Below, piece after piece: positions 49,033 to 64,000 of a DNA stretch of 64,000 nt (the first letter of the stretch is position 1; the number at the start of each line of letters is the position of its first letter). The notes below the pieces were generated by a model, which worked only from the letters and a program-made list of their open reading frames with translations, did not search any database and was not told the origin of the DNA. The stretch spans positions 32,922,001-32,986,000 of the forward strand of contig NC_043003.1 of the NCBI RefSeq assembly GCF_006345805.1, read 5' to 3'. Both the position numbers and the translations under genes were made by a program. Source of the DNA: Octopus sinensis (taxonomy: Eukaryota).

Positions 49033-49555
<523 letters not shown>

Positions 49556-50268
49556 GAATGCGTGTGTGTGTGTGTGTGTTTGTATTTTTGTATGCATATA
49601 CATATATATACACATAAACATGTATCTATATATTGATAGATAGACAGAAAGAGTGAGAGACAGACAGACGGGCAGGCAGACAGATAGTTAGATACATCGA
49701 TAAATATAACGATCTGGAAAGGAACACATGTGTTTCTTTCGAGTGTTTCGAGAGTTACCGTTGCAGACAGGGTTTTTCTGCATCCAAATTTCTTTGCATC
49801 ACAATCGGACTATAACTAACCCTTTTCTCTTTTGAGTTTGATATTGCGAAGAGGCAGATCATGTTGATTAAAACGAATCAAGAAAATTGTTGGATAATGA
49901 GCAGAATCACTGAAGTCAGCTTCCGTCTGAACTCTCTGGTACTATCTGAATTGGGCTGAAATATGTTAATTCATGAAGATGTGAATGTGAGAGACAGACA
50001 CAGAGGCAGAGAAAGATTATATTAATAAAAAAGACTGCTGATGAAGAAATAACAAAATTTCATGTGAATATCTGACAGCGTTTCTGTACCGTATAACTAA
50101 TCCTTCTATTTAAAATACAACTCCATTGCAACTTTCTGTCTCTGTATTCCTTTTCTTGATTGCCCCGTATTTCAACCCAAGGGTTCCTCGGAACCTGGAT
50201 TTTTGTTTGATCTTAGACAGCATTCTAGTGGTTTGAATTTGGGTCTCTCCGTGAAATTCATGCATGTG

Positions 50269-50331
<63 letters not shown>

Positions 50332-50340
50332 TGTGGGTGT

Positions 50341-50742
50341 GTGTGTGGTAAGAAGCTTACTTATCAACCACATGGTTCCAGGTTCAGTCACACTGTTTGG
50401 CACTATTGACAAGTGTTTTTACTATAGCCTCGGGTTAAGCAACGCCTTGTGAATGGATTGCGTAGGCGGAAACTGAAAGAATCCTGTCGTATATATGTAT
50501 ATATGTATGTGTGCCTCTTTGTGTTTGTGTTCGTCCCTCCACCCACAAATCGCTTGACAAGCGATATTGGTATGTTTAAGTCCCTGTAAATTAGCGGTTC
50601 GGTTAAAAGACCAATATAATGAATACTAGGCTTTAAAAAACGTCCTGGGTTCGATTTGTTTGAATAAAACCATTCAAGGCGGTGCTGCATCATGGCCGGA
50701 GTCAAATGACTGAAACAAGTAAATGAGTAAAAGAATAAAAGA
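50341..50742 (+). mobile_element. SINE family A
   Basis: Homology to 26107-26524. Confidence 0.85.
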
Positions 50743-50773
50743 ATACGTACATACATTTCTGCATATATATATA

Positions 50774-50805
<32 letters not shown>

Positions 50806-50832
50806 ATATATATGTATATATATATGCATATA

Positions 50833-50948
<116 letters not shown>

Positions 50949-51462
50949 TTATATATATATATATAATAATATATTTCCGTAAAAAATTCAAGTCTACTAA
51001 GAAACATTATTGTGAACGTAATTTAAAAAATGAAATTTTCATAAATAAAATAATGTAAACTAACTTAACCTTCTATAATGATAGGTTATTTTAGGCCAGA
51101 CAAGTTTATTTATGTAAATATACAAAATTCATTTACATTACAAATACATTTCTCTATATTAAAAGCTCTGGTAACAATCGGTTGCTTATAATCACATCCT
51201 AAAGCAACCACACAATTGCAGAGTGTCTAAAATTATTAAAATGCGACATTGTGGTTATATGAGATAGAGATAGTAGTCAATTCTTTTTTAAATCACACTG
51301 CGTCGTCTTAAGAATGAACAAGTTCGATAACGTACATTGGGATATAACCTATGCAAGAAATATAGTGTGATGAAGTAGTCATGAATAAAGCGTCACGAAT
51401 AAAGTGTCATGAAGTTTACAGTGTCTTTCAGCATAGGGTTATCTTATTAAAGCTAAATTGGT

Positions 51463-51494
<32 letters not shown>

Positions 51495-51533
51495 AAGCAA
51501 CCGAATTTCTTACTTAAACTAAATTCTGAAATA

Positions 51534-52266
51534 CGGGGTAGGGCTGAAACGTTCATAAAGTTCATAGCCTAACTATGAAGGAGTGATGGTAGAACCATTA
51601 CATCTTGCATAATTTCAGCTCTTCTTATTAACAATTCCATTCTTATTAATAATTCCTTTGAACTAGAGCCAATGCATGCAGTGGAAGCAATCCTCCTCAG
51701 CTGCTGCAAAGAAGGCCTTGGTAGTTTCATCAGCAGGGAAGTTGATGGCCTCAGGTTTTCAGGATGCAAAAGGCATTATGTTTGTTGACTATCTTCGAAA
51801 GGGCCGAACCATTAATGGAAAATATTACGAGTTCTGCAAGGCTATCAAGACCAAAGGTCCAGGAAAACTGATGAAAGCAGTCTCTTCTTATTAGGACAAT
51901 GTTCCAGCATGCAAGTACCTTGGTTTCAGTGGCTGGTGTGCATGACTGTAGTATCGAACTTGTTGATTACCTTCCCAGTTTTCCTGATTTGGCCCTATCT
52001 GACTATTATCTGTTCCGCAGCATGAAAAAACACTTGGCTTGGAACCAGTATCAAAGTGATGATGATGTCATCTGCTGTTGACTTTTTTTTTACCAACAGG
52101 ATGAAAGCTTCTTCACCAAATGGGAACCAAGTACTGCAACACTGATGGAAGAAGTGTGTGGACATCAAGTCTGGGGAGGGACTATGTTGAAAAATAAACC
52201 TCGTTTGGTCGCATTCCTTGAGAGTGTCTTGGTCAGCCTATGAAGTTTTCATGCAGCCGAACTTCG
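51534..52266 (+). mobile_element. Internally deleted irritans-like mariner
   Basis: MQWK..SSAGKLMAS..DAKGIMFVDYL..TINGKYY, QDNVP, FPDLALSDYYLF, GDYVEK*. Degenerate TIRs with TA flanks. Confidence 0.85.
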
Positions 52267-53918
52267 TAATGTCAAATTCGAATTTTGCATGTCAATAAAT
52301 TATTTTATTTGATCGCTAATCTCCGGTTCAGAATGAAACATATTTGTAGATCCAATAAATTTAGTTGTTGTGAGAAGGCAAACGGTTGATATTTGTAATA
52401 TAGAACCTTCGTCCGACTATAGAAAACATGAGACCTTTTTTCAGTACACAACAACCAAACTCTAATGGGATTATAAATTCTTTTTACTTTTTATCAGGAG
52501 ATAGATGCGAGTTGTTTTTATTCGGTCTGGGTCTCTCCTCTCTGAATTTCAATTCCCCCGAGGTCAACTCAGCCTTTCATAGAGTTGATCATGTTCCAGT
52601 GCAGAGGGTTGGATCAGATGAAATGCTAGACTGTCCGATAAGATTTCTTGCGGTAGTTGTTCCGGTCCCTTCATTCTGTTTCGTTCCTTGACTTTACCTA
52701 GGATAATATCAGTACGGCGAGGATGAAACCTAATTGCATGTCTAACTAGTGGTATTCAGTCGACCTGCTAGAAATAGCAGTCACATTTCTCTCAAATTAC
52801 ACGTCACTATCTTAAACACGTAAGGATAAATTGAAGAATCCACTTAACTATATGGTAAAGGGGAAAATGCTTTAATCATAGATTAAGCCAAATTTGACCT
52901 GATGAGAATAACATTACAATATCTGTATTGACTGCAAAAAGTTCTGCATCGTATCTGGCTATAATTTATTATTCATAGTTCCACAGTCGGAGACATTTGA
53001 TTGCTGTTTGTCATATATTTACTACATTAAACCGAGTGCTATTTGCAGAATAGAAAATGGGTGTTGGGGTTTTACGTACGCTGGGCTATGTGCCGAAGGA
53101 TTTGAAATTCAACTTCCAATATTTAACACGTCTGCTTAGCCTTCGTATGCCTTTAGCAGAATTCATTTTGTTGTAGTATTTGGGATGTCTTCGTTCTGAA
53201 GATAACTTCCATCCTTTTCTCACCTCACATGGAGGCTTTTAAAGGAACTATTAGTATTGATTAGTGCTGTCCCTTCCTCCTCTAAACAAGTGTAAAATAA
53301 ATTAAACAACTATAATCACTAGTTGAATTGAAAAGACCAAGCACTCACACTTCAAGCTACCAGTATTTTACTTATAATTAGATATTGCTGACTCTTCACC
53401 GCCGTGTTGAAGCGTTTCTACAGAAGGGAGATGAATTGTTGCAGACTTTCAATCCCACAAATATTCTATTTAAATCCGGGGCTTTAAACTATTTAAACTG
53501 ACCGAGTCAATTTTGGGTAGTGAACAGAGGTTGGATACTGGAGTGGCAAATTATTTTAACTCAGATCACTCATGTAATGCCTACAAGGGTGTCATTGTAT
53601 GATTGGCATGGTGGATAGCAGCATCAGATGGTTGTCGACAGAAAACGCTTTTCGTTGTTTAAGGAAAGTTTTTTTTTACGTTCAGTGTACAAATCCAACG
53701 TACGAAACAAGTGATCTGGAAGTCCTTACCCAAACGCTTCCGCTCATTGTTCGAGTCATTGAATTGTTCTCAAACTTCAATGAATGTGGATATGTATATT
53801 AAACAAGGCATATTACACACACACAAACGCAAACACAAAAAAACGCACACACAAATGCACGCACAAACGGATACACACGCATACACACGCACGCACCTAG
53901 ACAGACGACACACACACA

Positions 53919-53959
<41 letters not shown>

Positions 53960-54279
53960 ACACACATACCACACCACGCACAATACTTTTTCTACCATTT
54001 GTAAACTTGTATTTTCTGTAATTCGGCATTTACTTTTTACTACATTGACAATTCTCTTGGCAAATGCCCTGGCAGACATTCTAATCGGCGTTGACTAGTT
54101 TGAAAACAATTTAAGAGATATCATTCCATCTGGCCCGAATGCTTGATAGAAAGTGGGGCTGACCAGGATGTATTGACAACCAGGTTGTGTTGTCAATCTA
54201 ATTCATGGATGAAATCTAATAACCAAGAAACCGTAGGGTCTTTGCCATAGTTTTCTACACAATTACCGTTTATTTTTTT

Positions 54280-54467
54280 AATTGTTTCAGTCATTCGACT
54301 GCGGCCATGCTGGAGCACCGCCTTACAGAAATCGACCCCAGGACTTATTATTTGTAAGCCTTGTACTTATTCTATCGGTCTCTTTGCCGAACCGCTAAGT
54401 TACGGAGACTTAAGCACGCCAAGATCGGTTGTCAAGTGACGGTGGGGGGAGTAAACACATACACGCA

Positions 54468-54540
<73 letters not shown>

Positions 54541-54710
54541 GTATATATACTACGGGCTTCTTTCAGTTTCCGTCTGTCAAGTCCACTCCCAAGGCTTTGG
54601 TCAGCCCAAGGCTATAGTAGAAGACACTTGCCTAAGGTGCCACGCAGTGGCACTGAACCCAGAACCATGTCGCTGGAAAGCAAGCTTCTTAGCACACACC
54701 CACTCGGGCA
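54280..54710 (-). mobile_element. SINE family A
   Basis: Homology to 21660-22063. Confidence 0.85.
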
Positions 54711-55421
54711 CTTATAGTATAAGAGATTTCACTAACAAGGCTTGTATCAAGTTGAAGCTATGTTATATGACACACAAAATACCGGACAATTGGTTTGAAC
54801 CGGGTACCATGAAATTTGTTTTGTAATGATTTAGTAAGGAGAGAAAGGCAATGCCTACGACCTTTTACTGGCTTTCCTGACCGAGAAGAAGTTATCTGCA
54901 AAGCATAGATGTAGCTCTAATACATGTGGTAGAAGAGACTCCGACATGACCGCTCAAATTGCTTGGTGATGATGTTAAACCGGGCGACGTATTAAGCCTA
55001 CTATCCAAATAGACCATGAACTCAGAACATCAGGAACCGAAAGAAATACAGTAAAGCATCCGTTCCAAAGTCCTAATCATCTTACCAGTTCATCGTTTTA
55101 GACTAATTTATTCACCGATACATTCCTACATCGGTGAATAAATTACCGCCTGTGAAGGCCATATTAAGACCTATAGAAACCTATAGAGGTCCTAAGATTG
55201 AGGTGCCTCCATATATATAATAAATCATTGAATACATTTTTATATTTCAGAGTGAAGCTAAATTAACACTAAAATGGAAAATAACGTTTGTGTTTGTATA
55301 ATTCCACTTTATTTATATTTGAAAAGTTTTTCTACTTTATTATTGTAACGTTTTTGATCAGATCCACAAAATTAATCTTACGTAACACAACTGCTTCTAT
55401 ATGTAGGCATTCCGAAAATTA

Positions 55422-55986
55422 TTAAGTTGTCCGGAAAGTTCGTGCTGATTATAGTAGCTTACCTTTACACTTATTTTAGAACATGGTTGAGTCCATAAAA
55501 TAGGATTTAACTACACCTCCATTTAGAATACAGTTTAAGCAATCTTTTCGTGGAAGAAGGTTTATGTTCCTATAACCTATGTTAATTCTGTAACCTTTTA
55601 AAATAGAAGATAAAAAAGTTCATTTTCGGCACTTGATGCTTTGGGAACCAGACAAAAATTGCTGCAGCTCGGCTGGGATGTATTACCCCATCCTCCATAT
55701 TCACCAGATATTGCTCCTTCGGATGTCCACTTATTCAGGTCTCTGCAGAATAGTCTTAATGGTAAAAAATTCAATTACTTGGATGATGTAAAAAGATACC
55801 TTGATGAATTATTTGCCATGAAACTACCTCAATTCTGGGAAGAGGGTATTTTCAAGTTAAAGAAAAGATGGAGACGCATTGTGCAACAAAATGGTTCATA
55901 TTTGGCTGATTAAAAATGTAATGGCAAGTATTTATTGACCTTTTTCTTTCCTTTAAAAATCAGCACAAACTTTCCGGACGACCCAA
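55422..55986 (+). mobile_element. Internally deleted mariner (mellifera-like)
   Basis: TIRs TTAAGTTGTCCGGAAAGTTCGTGCTGATT / AATCAGCACAAACTTTCCGGACGACCCAA with TA flanks. N-terminal EDKKVHFRHLML is joined to TRQKLLQLGWDVLPHPPYSPDIAPSD...QNGSYLAD*. Confidence 0.9.
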
Positions 55987-57094
55987 TACGTTATCAAGTT
56001 TAAAGTGATTTCTTTTGTACCGTAAAACGCTTACTATTTCTGTAGTTCTCCACTTCCCTTGAAGCCCTAAAAACGTGCTTTGTTTTTGCTTAATGGTTAA
56101 TGCAGCGCTGCCGCATGTCTAAAGACAAATTTGATCACGGTAGGATTTGAACTCAGATCAAGCGCAACATAGAAGGATAAACAGACTAATACATTTCGTC
56201 TGACTCTCTGACGCTTCATCCAAGTCGCCATGATTATGTAGCGAAGTTATTAAATCCTGGCAAGTTATATTCAGTAATGTAGCCTGCCTGTTGATAGCGG
56301 TGGAGTGCTTTCTGAAATTTACAGATAAGCTGGAAGTTTGAGATTAATACAATACCCAAACACGGTGTGAATACATGCACCGACTGACTCATCTACTTTT
56401 CATCTTTGTTAAGCTTTTGATGTCCTTTCAATTTGTTGTTTGTTCGTTGAAGTTATTGTTGTTTTTTCGCCGTCGTAATGTTGTTGCTGTTGTTGTTGTT
56501 GTCATTGTAAGGGGAAAAAAAGGTGACGACGGTGGCGATGTCATCGTTGTTGTTGTTGTTGTTGTTCTTGCCGGTGTTGCGTATTCTTTAGCGGATTTGT
56601 TAATTTCTCTCTATTGTGTATGTGCTTGAAGGTGAACGATTACGTGCGCGTGCTTGCGTGTATGTATGTGTGCGCGCACGTGCAGCATGTATGCAAGTGC
56701 ATGTGTGTGCGTGTGTGTGTGTGCGCGCGTAAAGCATTTGCAGAAACCTGTATATGAAGAGAAGTTCACAGAAACGGAGGTAAAGTTTATTACGAATCGA
56801 AGGTATTAGTAATACTGTACAGTGTTTCTTTGTAAAAAGATAAGGGTGTAATTTCCATCTTAAATTTCTCATTTCCCGTTCACTGTTTACGGATAACAAA
56901 TAGGACAGAAAGAAGGGGGAAAAAGAAGAGGAAATAAAATGAAAGATAGTAAAATACAAAAAAAAAAGAAAACAAATAAACAAACAAGCAAACAAATAAA
57001 ATGTATTGAACTGTTCTGCATGTGTAGTGCATGATGTAAAAAACTACGTAAACGACATTACAGCAACAATAACAAAATCAATCGAATCAATAAA

Positions 57095-57150
<56 letters not shown>

Positions 57151-57164
57151 AATAGTAATAATAA

Positions 57165-57240
<76 letters not shown>
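57095..57240. repeat. (GAT)n-(AAT)n compound microsatellite
   Basis: Directly visible; explains the poly-M/poly-I ORF. Confidence 0.9.
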
Positions 57241-57241
<1 letters not shown>

Positions 57242-57437
57242 GCAACATTAACAACAACAATGTATTCATGTATGTATTTATGCATCTATATATGTGTGTA
57301 TCTATCTATCTCAATCGATCAATCTGTATATCTTTTAGTCTGTCTCTGTCTTTGTATCTGTGTGTGTATGTGTGTGCATATATATAATATATATATATAT
57401 ATATTGTTATATTTCGGAATTGCACAACAAATATATA

Positions 57438-57497
<60 letters not shown>

Positions 57498-58122
57498 TAT
57501 ATACATATATATATATAACGATAAGCTACCATCAACAACAATTATGAGACCTACGGATGTTGTCAAAAGAGAGGGTTTAAGAGATGATATATTGCCAATA
57601 TATATCTGTGATAACTGATATATTGGGTGAAATCTCGATTTAGAGGTATGATGGAAAACTGTTCCAAAAGACTATCATCGAGTACAATCCACTTGACTAG
57701 GTGACTTTGTTGCCGTAGCGTTATTTATTAAGGTCTAGTTGACGGGTGTCTTGGAAATCATTTTCTATGTATTTGCACGGGTTAACACATATATTTACAT
57801 ACACGCATGCGTGCGCAGTGATAGATAAGCGCAAACATATTCATATATGCATGTGAAAATGTATGCTTGCATGTATCTATCTATATACCCGCGCAGAGTT
57901 ACACTTTTTACGTACAAACACAAACACACAGACGCAGACAAACACACACACATACAGACGCGCACAAACTCACACACACATAAGAGAAGCATGGGTAGAG
58001 ATGCATAAAATAAGAAGTTGCTTAATGCTTAAATACTGCCTTAGGCAAGTGTGTTTGTGTGTGTGTGTGCGTGTGTATAACGGCGGTGCATCAGCATGGC
58101 CGCAGCTCTGGGCTAAAACTTA

Positions 58123-58192
<70 letters not shown>

Positions 58193-58204
58193 TAAGTTTT
58201 AGCC

Positions 58205-58239
<35 letters not shown>

Positions 58240-58291
58240 TATATATACATATATACATACATATATATATATATACATGCATATATATACA

Positions 58292-58331
<40 letters not shown>

Positions 58332-58413
58332 TACACACATTTATAGAATGTATGTATGTATCTATCTGTCTATCTATCTACATATCTATCTATCTGCCTA
58401 TATACATGTATAT

Positions 58414-58572
58414 GCGCAGGAGTGGCTGCGTGGTAAGAAGCTTGCCTCAACCACATGGTTCCGGGCTCAGTCTCACTTCGTGGCACTTTGGGCAAGTGTA
58501 TTCTACTATAGCCTCGGGCCGACCGAAGCCTTGTGAGTAGATTTGTTTGACGGAGACTGAAAGAAGCCCGTC

Positions 58573-58657
<85 letters not shown>

Positions 58658-58880
58658 TATATACATATATATATATATGTATGCTTGCATTTGTGTGTCT
58701 GTGTTTGTCTGCTCGTCATCGCTTGACAAGCGATGCTGGGTTTTTATGTCCTGTAACTGACCGATTCGACAAAGACTAACGATAGAATAAGTACCAGGTT
58801 TACAAAGAATAAGCCCTGGGGTCTATCAGTTCGATTAAAGGCGGTGCTCCAGCATGGCCGCAGTCAAATGCGTGAAACAA
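58414..58880 (+). mobile_element. SINE family A with expanded internal (TA)n
   Basis: Homology to 26107-26524. Confidence 0.88.
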
Positions 58881-58928
58881 GACAATGTACATATATATAT
58901 ATACATATATACATACATATATACATAC

Positions 58929-58996
<68 letters not shown>

Positions 58997-59266
58997 ACCA
59001 GGCTGAAAGAAAAAACAAGAAAACAACAAACCAGTAGGTTCGATTCATATATATGCATATATGTATATATATATATATAAATACATATGTGCATATGACA
59101 TATGCACATATGCACTTTTCATTTGACAATTTTTCTCATGGCAATATGATAAATTCAAAGCTATTGTCTCTATATATGCATTCATATGCATTGTGCACGG
59201 CTTGTACTTCATGATATAGCTCTCCGATTCTCTTTTTGTTTGATATCTCTATTTAAATAACTTAAA

Positions 59267-60344
59267 ATGCGTGACCTGTCAGATTTCCAAAGTGGACAAA
59301 TTGTTTGAACGTGGATGGCTAGGGTTTCATTGCTTAAAACTACTGAATTGTTTAAAATTTCGTGAGGTGCAGTCTTTAAATCCTTGTTGGCATTCTAAAC
59401 CCAAAAGAAAACCAGTTCTAGCGAGTATGATTCTATACACAATGGAAAACTCGCAGACAGGAGTCGCAGAATAGTGCAAAATACGTATTATGTCTAAAAA
59501 CACATCAATCTAGAGTAGCCAAAGTAACAGTATAGCTAAATCACCACCTTGTCAACCTTGTGCCAGCCAAAACCGTTTGTCGCAAACTCCATAAAGTCGT
59601 GGGAGAACGGCATTTGATAAACCTCTCCAGCTTCACCCCGATCTATATTGTTAAACGTAATGAATGGTGACTAGACTGTCAGAAGTGTTCAATGTCGCAA
59701 TGAGACAATATCATCTTCTCTGATCAATCCTCATCCTGCCTTTATTTCCACTTGTTTGCGAGTGTATTCTTGGAGGCAACCCATAGAAGCCGTGGACTCT
59801 GTCCTTGACCCCACTACTATGAGCATAGAGGTGGCTCTGTGACGAATTCCGTAGTCAGATCAGGAAATACTTTAGGCTTCTTAATTGATTTAAATGGCAC
59901 AATGAACGCCAAGGACTGTCCGAGTATTTTAGCTGATCATGTACATTCTATGGTACAATCATCGTCTGTTGATGGTAGCGTAAACTCCCACGTCAATAGT
60001 GCCTCGACTCACACCATAGTTGTCATTCTAAAATGGTAGGAAGAGCATAAAAGGGAAGTAGACTACTTGGATTAACTTTTACAATTACTGGATCTCAGTA
60101 AGAGCGAACATTTATGGTGTATTTTAGAATAGCAATACAGGAATCGCTTCCCTCCGAAATCGTCAGCGAAACAGCTAAAGTAGGTTTTATGTGACGAATG
60201 GCACAAAATTTACCTGACCACTTAAAAACATGCGAATCAATTCCTCGACGTATTAAAGCTGTGATTGATTTGATACCAAATGTTCACCAACTTCGTTATA
60301 AAATAATAAATTTTCCATTTAATGTTTCCAATAGTTTGCCCAAC

Positions 60345-60348
<4 letters not shown>
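59267..60348 (+). pseudogene. Highly decayed Tc1-like transposase
   Basis: MRDLSDFQSGQIV start, GTMNAKD..SILADHVHSM, PDLN-like LLDLSKSEHLWCILE, ESIPRRIKAVI, TIR-like end TTTGCCCAACCCCT. Confidence 0.75.
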
Positions 60349-60378
<30 letters not shown>

Positions 60379-60444
60379 GTGTGTGTCCGCGCGCAAGCAA
60401 GCATGTGTATGTATAAGCGCGTGTGCATATATTCTGGTATTCTA

Positions 60445-60843
60445 TTATTTGCTTCAGTTATTTGACTGCGGCCATGCTGGAGCACAGCCTTTTAGTCAAA
60501 CAAATCGACTCCAGGAGTTATTCTTTGTAAATCTAATACTTATTCTATCGGTTCTTCTGCCGAATCGCTAACTTATGGGGACGTAAACACATCAACATTA
60601 GTTGTCCAGCGATAGTGAGGGGACAAACAGACTCACACTCACATACACACACACACACACCACACACATACACATACACACACTCACATATATATACGAC
60701 GAGCTACTTTCAGTTTCTCTCTACCGAATCCACTCACAGGGCTTTGGTCGGCCAGAGGCTAGAGTAGAAGACACTTGCGCAACGTGCCACGCAGTGTGAT
60801 TGAACCCGGAAGCATGCTGTTGGTAAAGAAGCTACTTACCACA
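60445..60843 (-). mobile_element. SINE family A
   Basis: Homology to 21660-22063; internal spacer is (CA)n. Confidence 0.85.
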
Positions 60844-60845
60844 TG

Positions 60846-60877
<32 letters not shown>

Positions 60878-60879
60878 GT

Positions 60880-61070
60880 TCAAATCTACAGAAAGCAAAA
60901 GACGAAGACAAATGAGGGAACAAAATGTATTAGTTTGACGCTTGGAAAAAATGGAAAAATCTTCGGCGTTTTGAGCCTAAACTCTTCGACAGATAGACTT
61001 GAGAAGAAAAAAAAAAAAACCGCAAAAAAAGGAGGGACAAAAATGTGTAGGGATTAATCGTTCAACATGA
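60880..61070 (-). mobile_element. Older copy of the 32070-32255 pLTR-like repeat
   Basis: Minus strand CTGTCGAA-GAGT-TTAG-GCTC-AAAACG, with shared flanks TGTCTTCGTCTTTTG and CTACACATTTTT. Confidence 0.55.
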
Positions 61071-61457
61071 TCTGGAAGAATTGTTAGCATAGAGGGCAAG
61101 ATGATGAGAGGCATGTCATCCGTCTTTATATTCTAAATTCATATCCCACGAAGGTCATCTTTGTAGATGTTACATTTGTATGAGGTACACATAAGAGTTG
61201 AAAAGTATAGGAAAATGTGTTTTGTAGAGTAAACATATATCAAAACAGGAAATTTTCCGTATTGTTTATTCACCATCACACGTGAATTTTTATTCTTTTT
61301 TTTGCTTTTCAGTCTGAAGAATTTCTAATAGGCGATATTTGATATGTTTCTCCAAAACGTACGGTTTTGTCACTCCTATTAGCAAATGAAACACATAATC
61401 GTGAATAAATAAGTTTTTCCAATCTCCTTTATATATATATATATATACATACATACG

Positions 61458-61555
<98 letters not shown>

Positions 61556-61785
61556 AGTGTAGATAGAAACAAAAATATAGACACGTTCACGCACATACGT
61601 GCAGAAGGGCGTAGGGTGGTTTATTAATGTTAGTTTAAGCTAAAATTGCATAGATTGCAACTATTAGTTTCACGTTTTACAGATCCTCGAGCAGTAAATT
61701 TAACAAATGAGACACTTTTACAATTATATGGCATATAAACTGCTAAACCTTTGGAGAAACACGTTAACGTTTACACACACACACA

Positions 61786-61841
<56 letters not shown>

Positions 61842-61849
61842 TCAACACT

Positions 61850-62117
61850 TGTAAGCTCAATGGTTAGACCATCGAGCTTACAATCGTGAGGTTGTGAGTT
61901 CGAATCACGGGCCGGGCTGCGTGTTGTGTTTTTGAGCTAGTCCCTTTATTTCAAGTTGCTCCAGTTCACTCAGCTGCAGAAATCAGTTGCGACCTCATGG
62001 GGGCCAACCTGTATCGGCCTTTGCCTTCCCCTTGGATAACACTGCCCGGACTTGTACCTGGGAGGGTAACTTTCTAGGTGCAATCCCATGGTCAGCCATG
62101 ACCTAAGGGGGTCTCAG
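61850..62117 (+). mobile_element. SINE family C, internally deleted
   Basis: Homology to 26874-27223. Confidence 0.85.
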
Positions 62118-62681
62118 CATATCAACACAATTTAAAGAATTTGTTAATTCAAGAAATATATTCCTTTTATTTCATGCATTTCTCTCACAAACTGTCGTCT
62201 GTCTCTCTGTATGTACATTTGTCTATGTGTCTGTCTCTCACTCTCACACACTCAGACCCTCTTATTTACACATAGAGAAACAACTTTAATCATATATGTC
62301 TATCGTGCGCGCGCGTGTGCAGTGTGCGTGAGTGTGCGTGAGTGTGTGTGCGTGTGTGCGTCTGTGTGTATGTTTTTGTGTTTATATTTCTGTGTGTGCT
62401 GTACGTTTATGCATGTATTATGTATATGTGAATGATCTCATTCGCTTTATACGAGAGATACGAGAGTGTAGTTTTGTGAAGTGACTCTAGACTCAAAGAT
62501 TAGAAATTCTTAGTCAACTTTTCTCTGTGACTGTGTGTTCGTGTGCAACATAAAGCGATATCAGAGACTGCTGCGAAGACAAGCGGATCCGCATGCAAGG
62601 GAGATAACTGCTGAAGTCTAGGGAGGACAACTTCATACAATTTGTATACTTTCACTTTCTCTTCTCTTTTTGGCACACACA

Positions 62682-62719
<38 letters not shown>

Positions 62720-62944
62720 CACTGTCACATACACACACAATATGGATATACCGACTCATACTCCAAAACATACATACACACTGGTATCCAGTGGGCAGTG
62801 TTGCTGGGTGGTTAACTTGTACGGTTCACATCGACTATTTCACAGTGTCAGGTTTCAATCCATCTCCTCGGAAAATTGGGTATGTGCCATCTACCATCTA
62901 TTAGAGCCTCTAACAGAGGCCAAGTATGAGCAATTAGACAGATG

Positions 62945-63125
62945 TAGGCATGGCTGTGTGGTAAGACGATTCTTCCCAACTCCATGGTTTAGAATTCAGT
63001 CCTGCGTCATGACAGCCTGGTAAAGTAGTTTTCTACTACAGCTCCGGGCCGCTTAAAACATCGTGTGTGAATTGGTATATCGAAAAGTGAAAGAAACCCA
63101 TCGTATATGTATGTGTTTGTGTGTG
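62945..63125 (+). mobile_element. SINE family A, old left-arm copy
   Basis: GGCATGGCTGTGTGGTAAG...GAAAGAAACCCATCGTATATG. Confidence 0.7.
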
Positions 63126-63200
63126 TGTGCATGATGTATGTATGTGTGTATGTATCTGCCTGTCTGTCAATCTATCTATCTGTCTTTCTGTCTGCCAGCA

Positions 63201-63232
<32 letters not shown>

Positions 63233-63558
63233 AATCTATCTATCTATCTATCCATCTTTCTATCTATTTATCTATGTATCAATCTGTCTGTCTGTCTGTC
63301 TATCTATCTATCAATCCTCTGTCTGTCTATCTATCTATCAATCCTCTATCTGCCTATCAATAAATCTATCTATCTGTCTGTCTGTCTATCTATCGATCTA
63401 TCTCTCTGAGGTTAAAAATAAATTTGTATGAACGTCATTTTCGTATTTATATGATCGTCATGTTTATATGATCGTCTGTGTTTCTCCTTATTTCTCTTAC
63501 ATATGCTCTGTAGCTCATAACTAACATGATCATATACAGAAAGGCGTGGCTCCGTATA

Positions 63559-63938
63559 GGCGCAGGCGTGGCTGTGTGGTGAGACGGTTGCTTCCCAGTA
63601 ACATGGTTCCAGGTTCACTCCCACTGCGTAGCACCTCGAGTAAGTATCTTCTATCATTGTCTCTGGCCGACTAAAGCCTTGTGAGTGGATTTGGTAGACA
63701 GAAACTGAACGAAGCCCATTGTGTACGTATGTGTGTATTGTGTGCATCTTTGTGTCTGTGTTTGTTCCCCACCACCGCTTCACAACCGGTGTTATGTGTT
63801 TTCGTTCACATAAATTAGCGGTTCGGCAAAATTCACTTGCAAGGCTTTGCTCGGCCCGAAGCTATAGCAGAAGACACCTGCCTAAGGTCTCACGCAGTGA
63901 GACTGAATTAGGGACTATATGGTTAGAAAGCAAGCTTC
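63559..63938. mobile_element. SINE family A (+, 63559-63830) fused to an inverted family A fragment (-, 63831-63938)
   Basis: The plus copy breaks at TTAGCGGTTCGGCAAAA and continues as the reverse complement of the left arm (CAAGGCTTTGCTCGGCCCGAAGCTATAGCAGAAGACAC). Confidence 0.8.
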
Positions 63939-64000
63939 ATAAGATGTAGTTAATACAGTATGAGCTTATCATTCATCTTAAACTTTATGATAGTATGTCA

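Overview
AT-rich eukaryotic DNA with very dense microsatellites ((TA)n, (TATG)n, (TAGA)n, (TAA)n, (CTT)n, (CA)n). It is most likely intronic or intergenic sequence from an octopus (coleoid cephalopod); this is inferred from the repeat landscape and SINE families, not proven. I cannot support any host protein-coding gene, and nearly all ORFs in the track are translations of microsatellites or SINEs. The real coding remnants are transposable elements: one near-intact irritans-type mariner (30594-31885, one frameshift), several decayed mariner/maT/Tc1 copies, two RTE-clade LINE fragments, three divergent R4/Dong-clade LINE pieces and a possible L1/Tx1 ORF1 remnant. Non-autonomous elements include a Helitron, MITEs and at least four tRNA-derived SINE families. 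The most interesting signal is a set of minimal type-I hammerhead-ribozyme motifs of the Penelope-like-element kind in about four unrelated short repeat families. One family combines a tRNA-derived Pol III head, an internal (AAT)n tract and a hammerhead tail, and in one copy the (AAT)n tract was used as the insertion site of a TAA-targeting Dong/R4 retrotransposon. Coordinates were counted by eye and may be off by a few bases, more for decayed elements.
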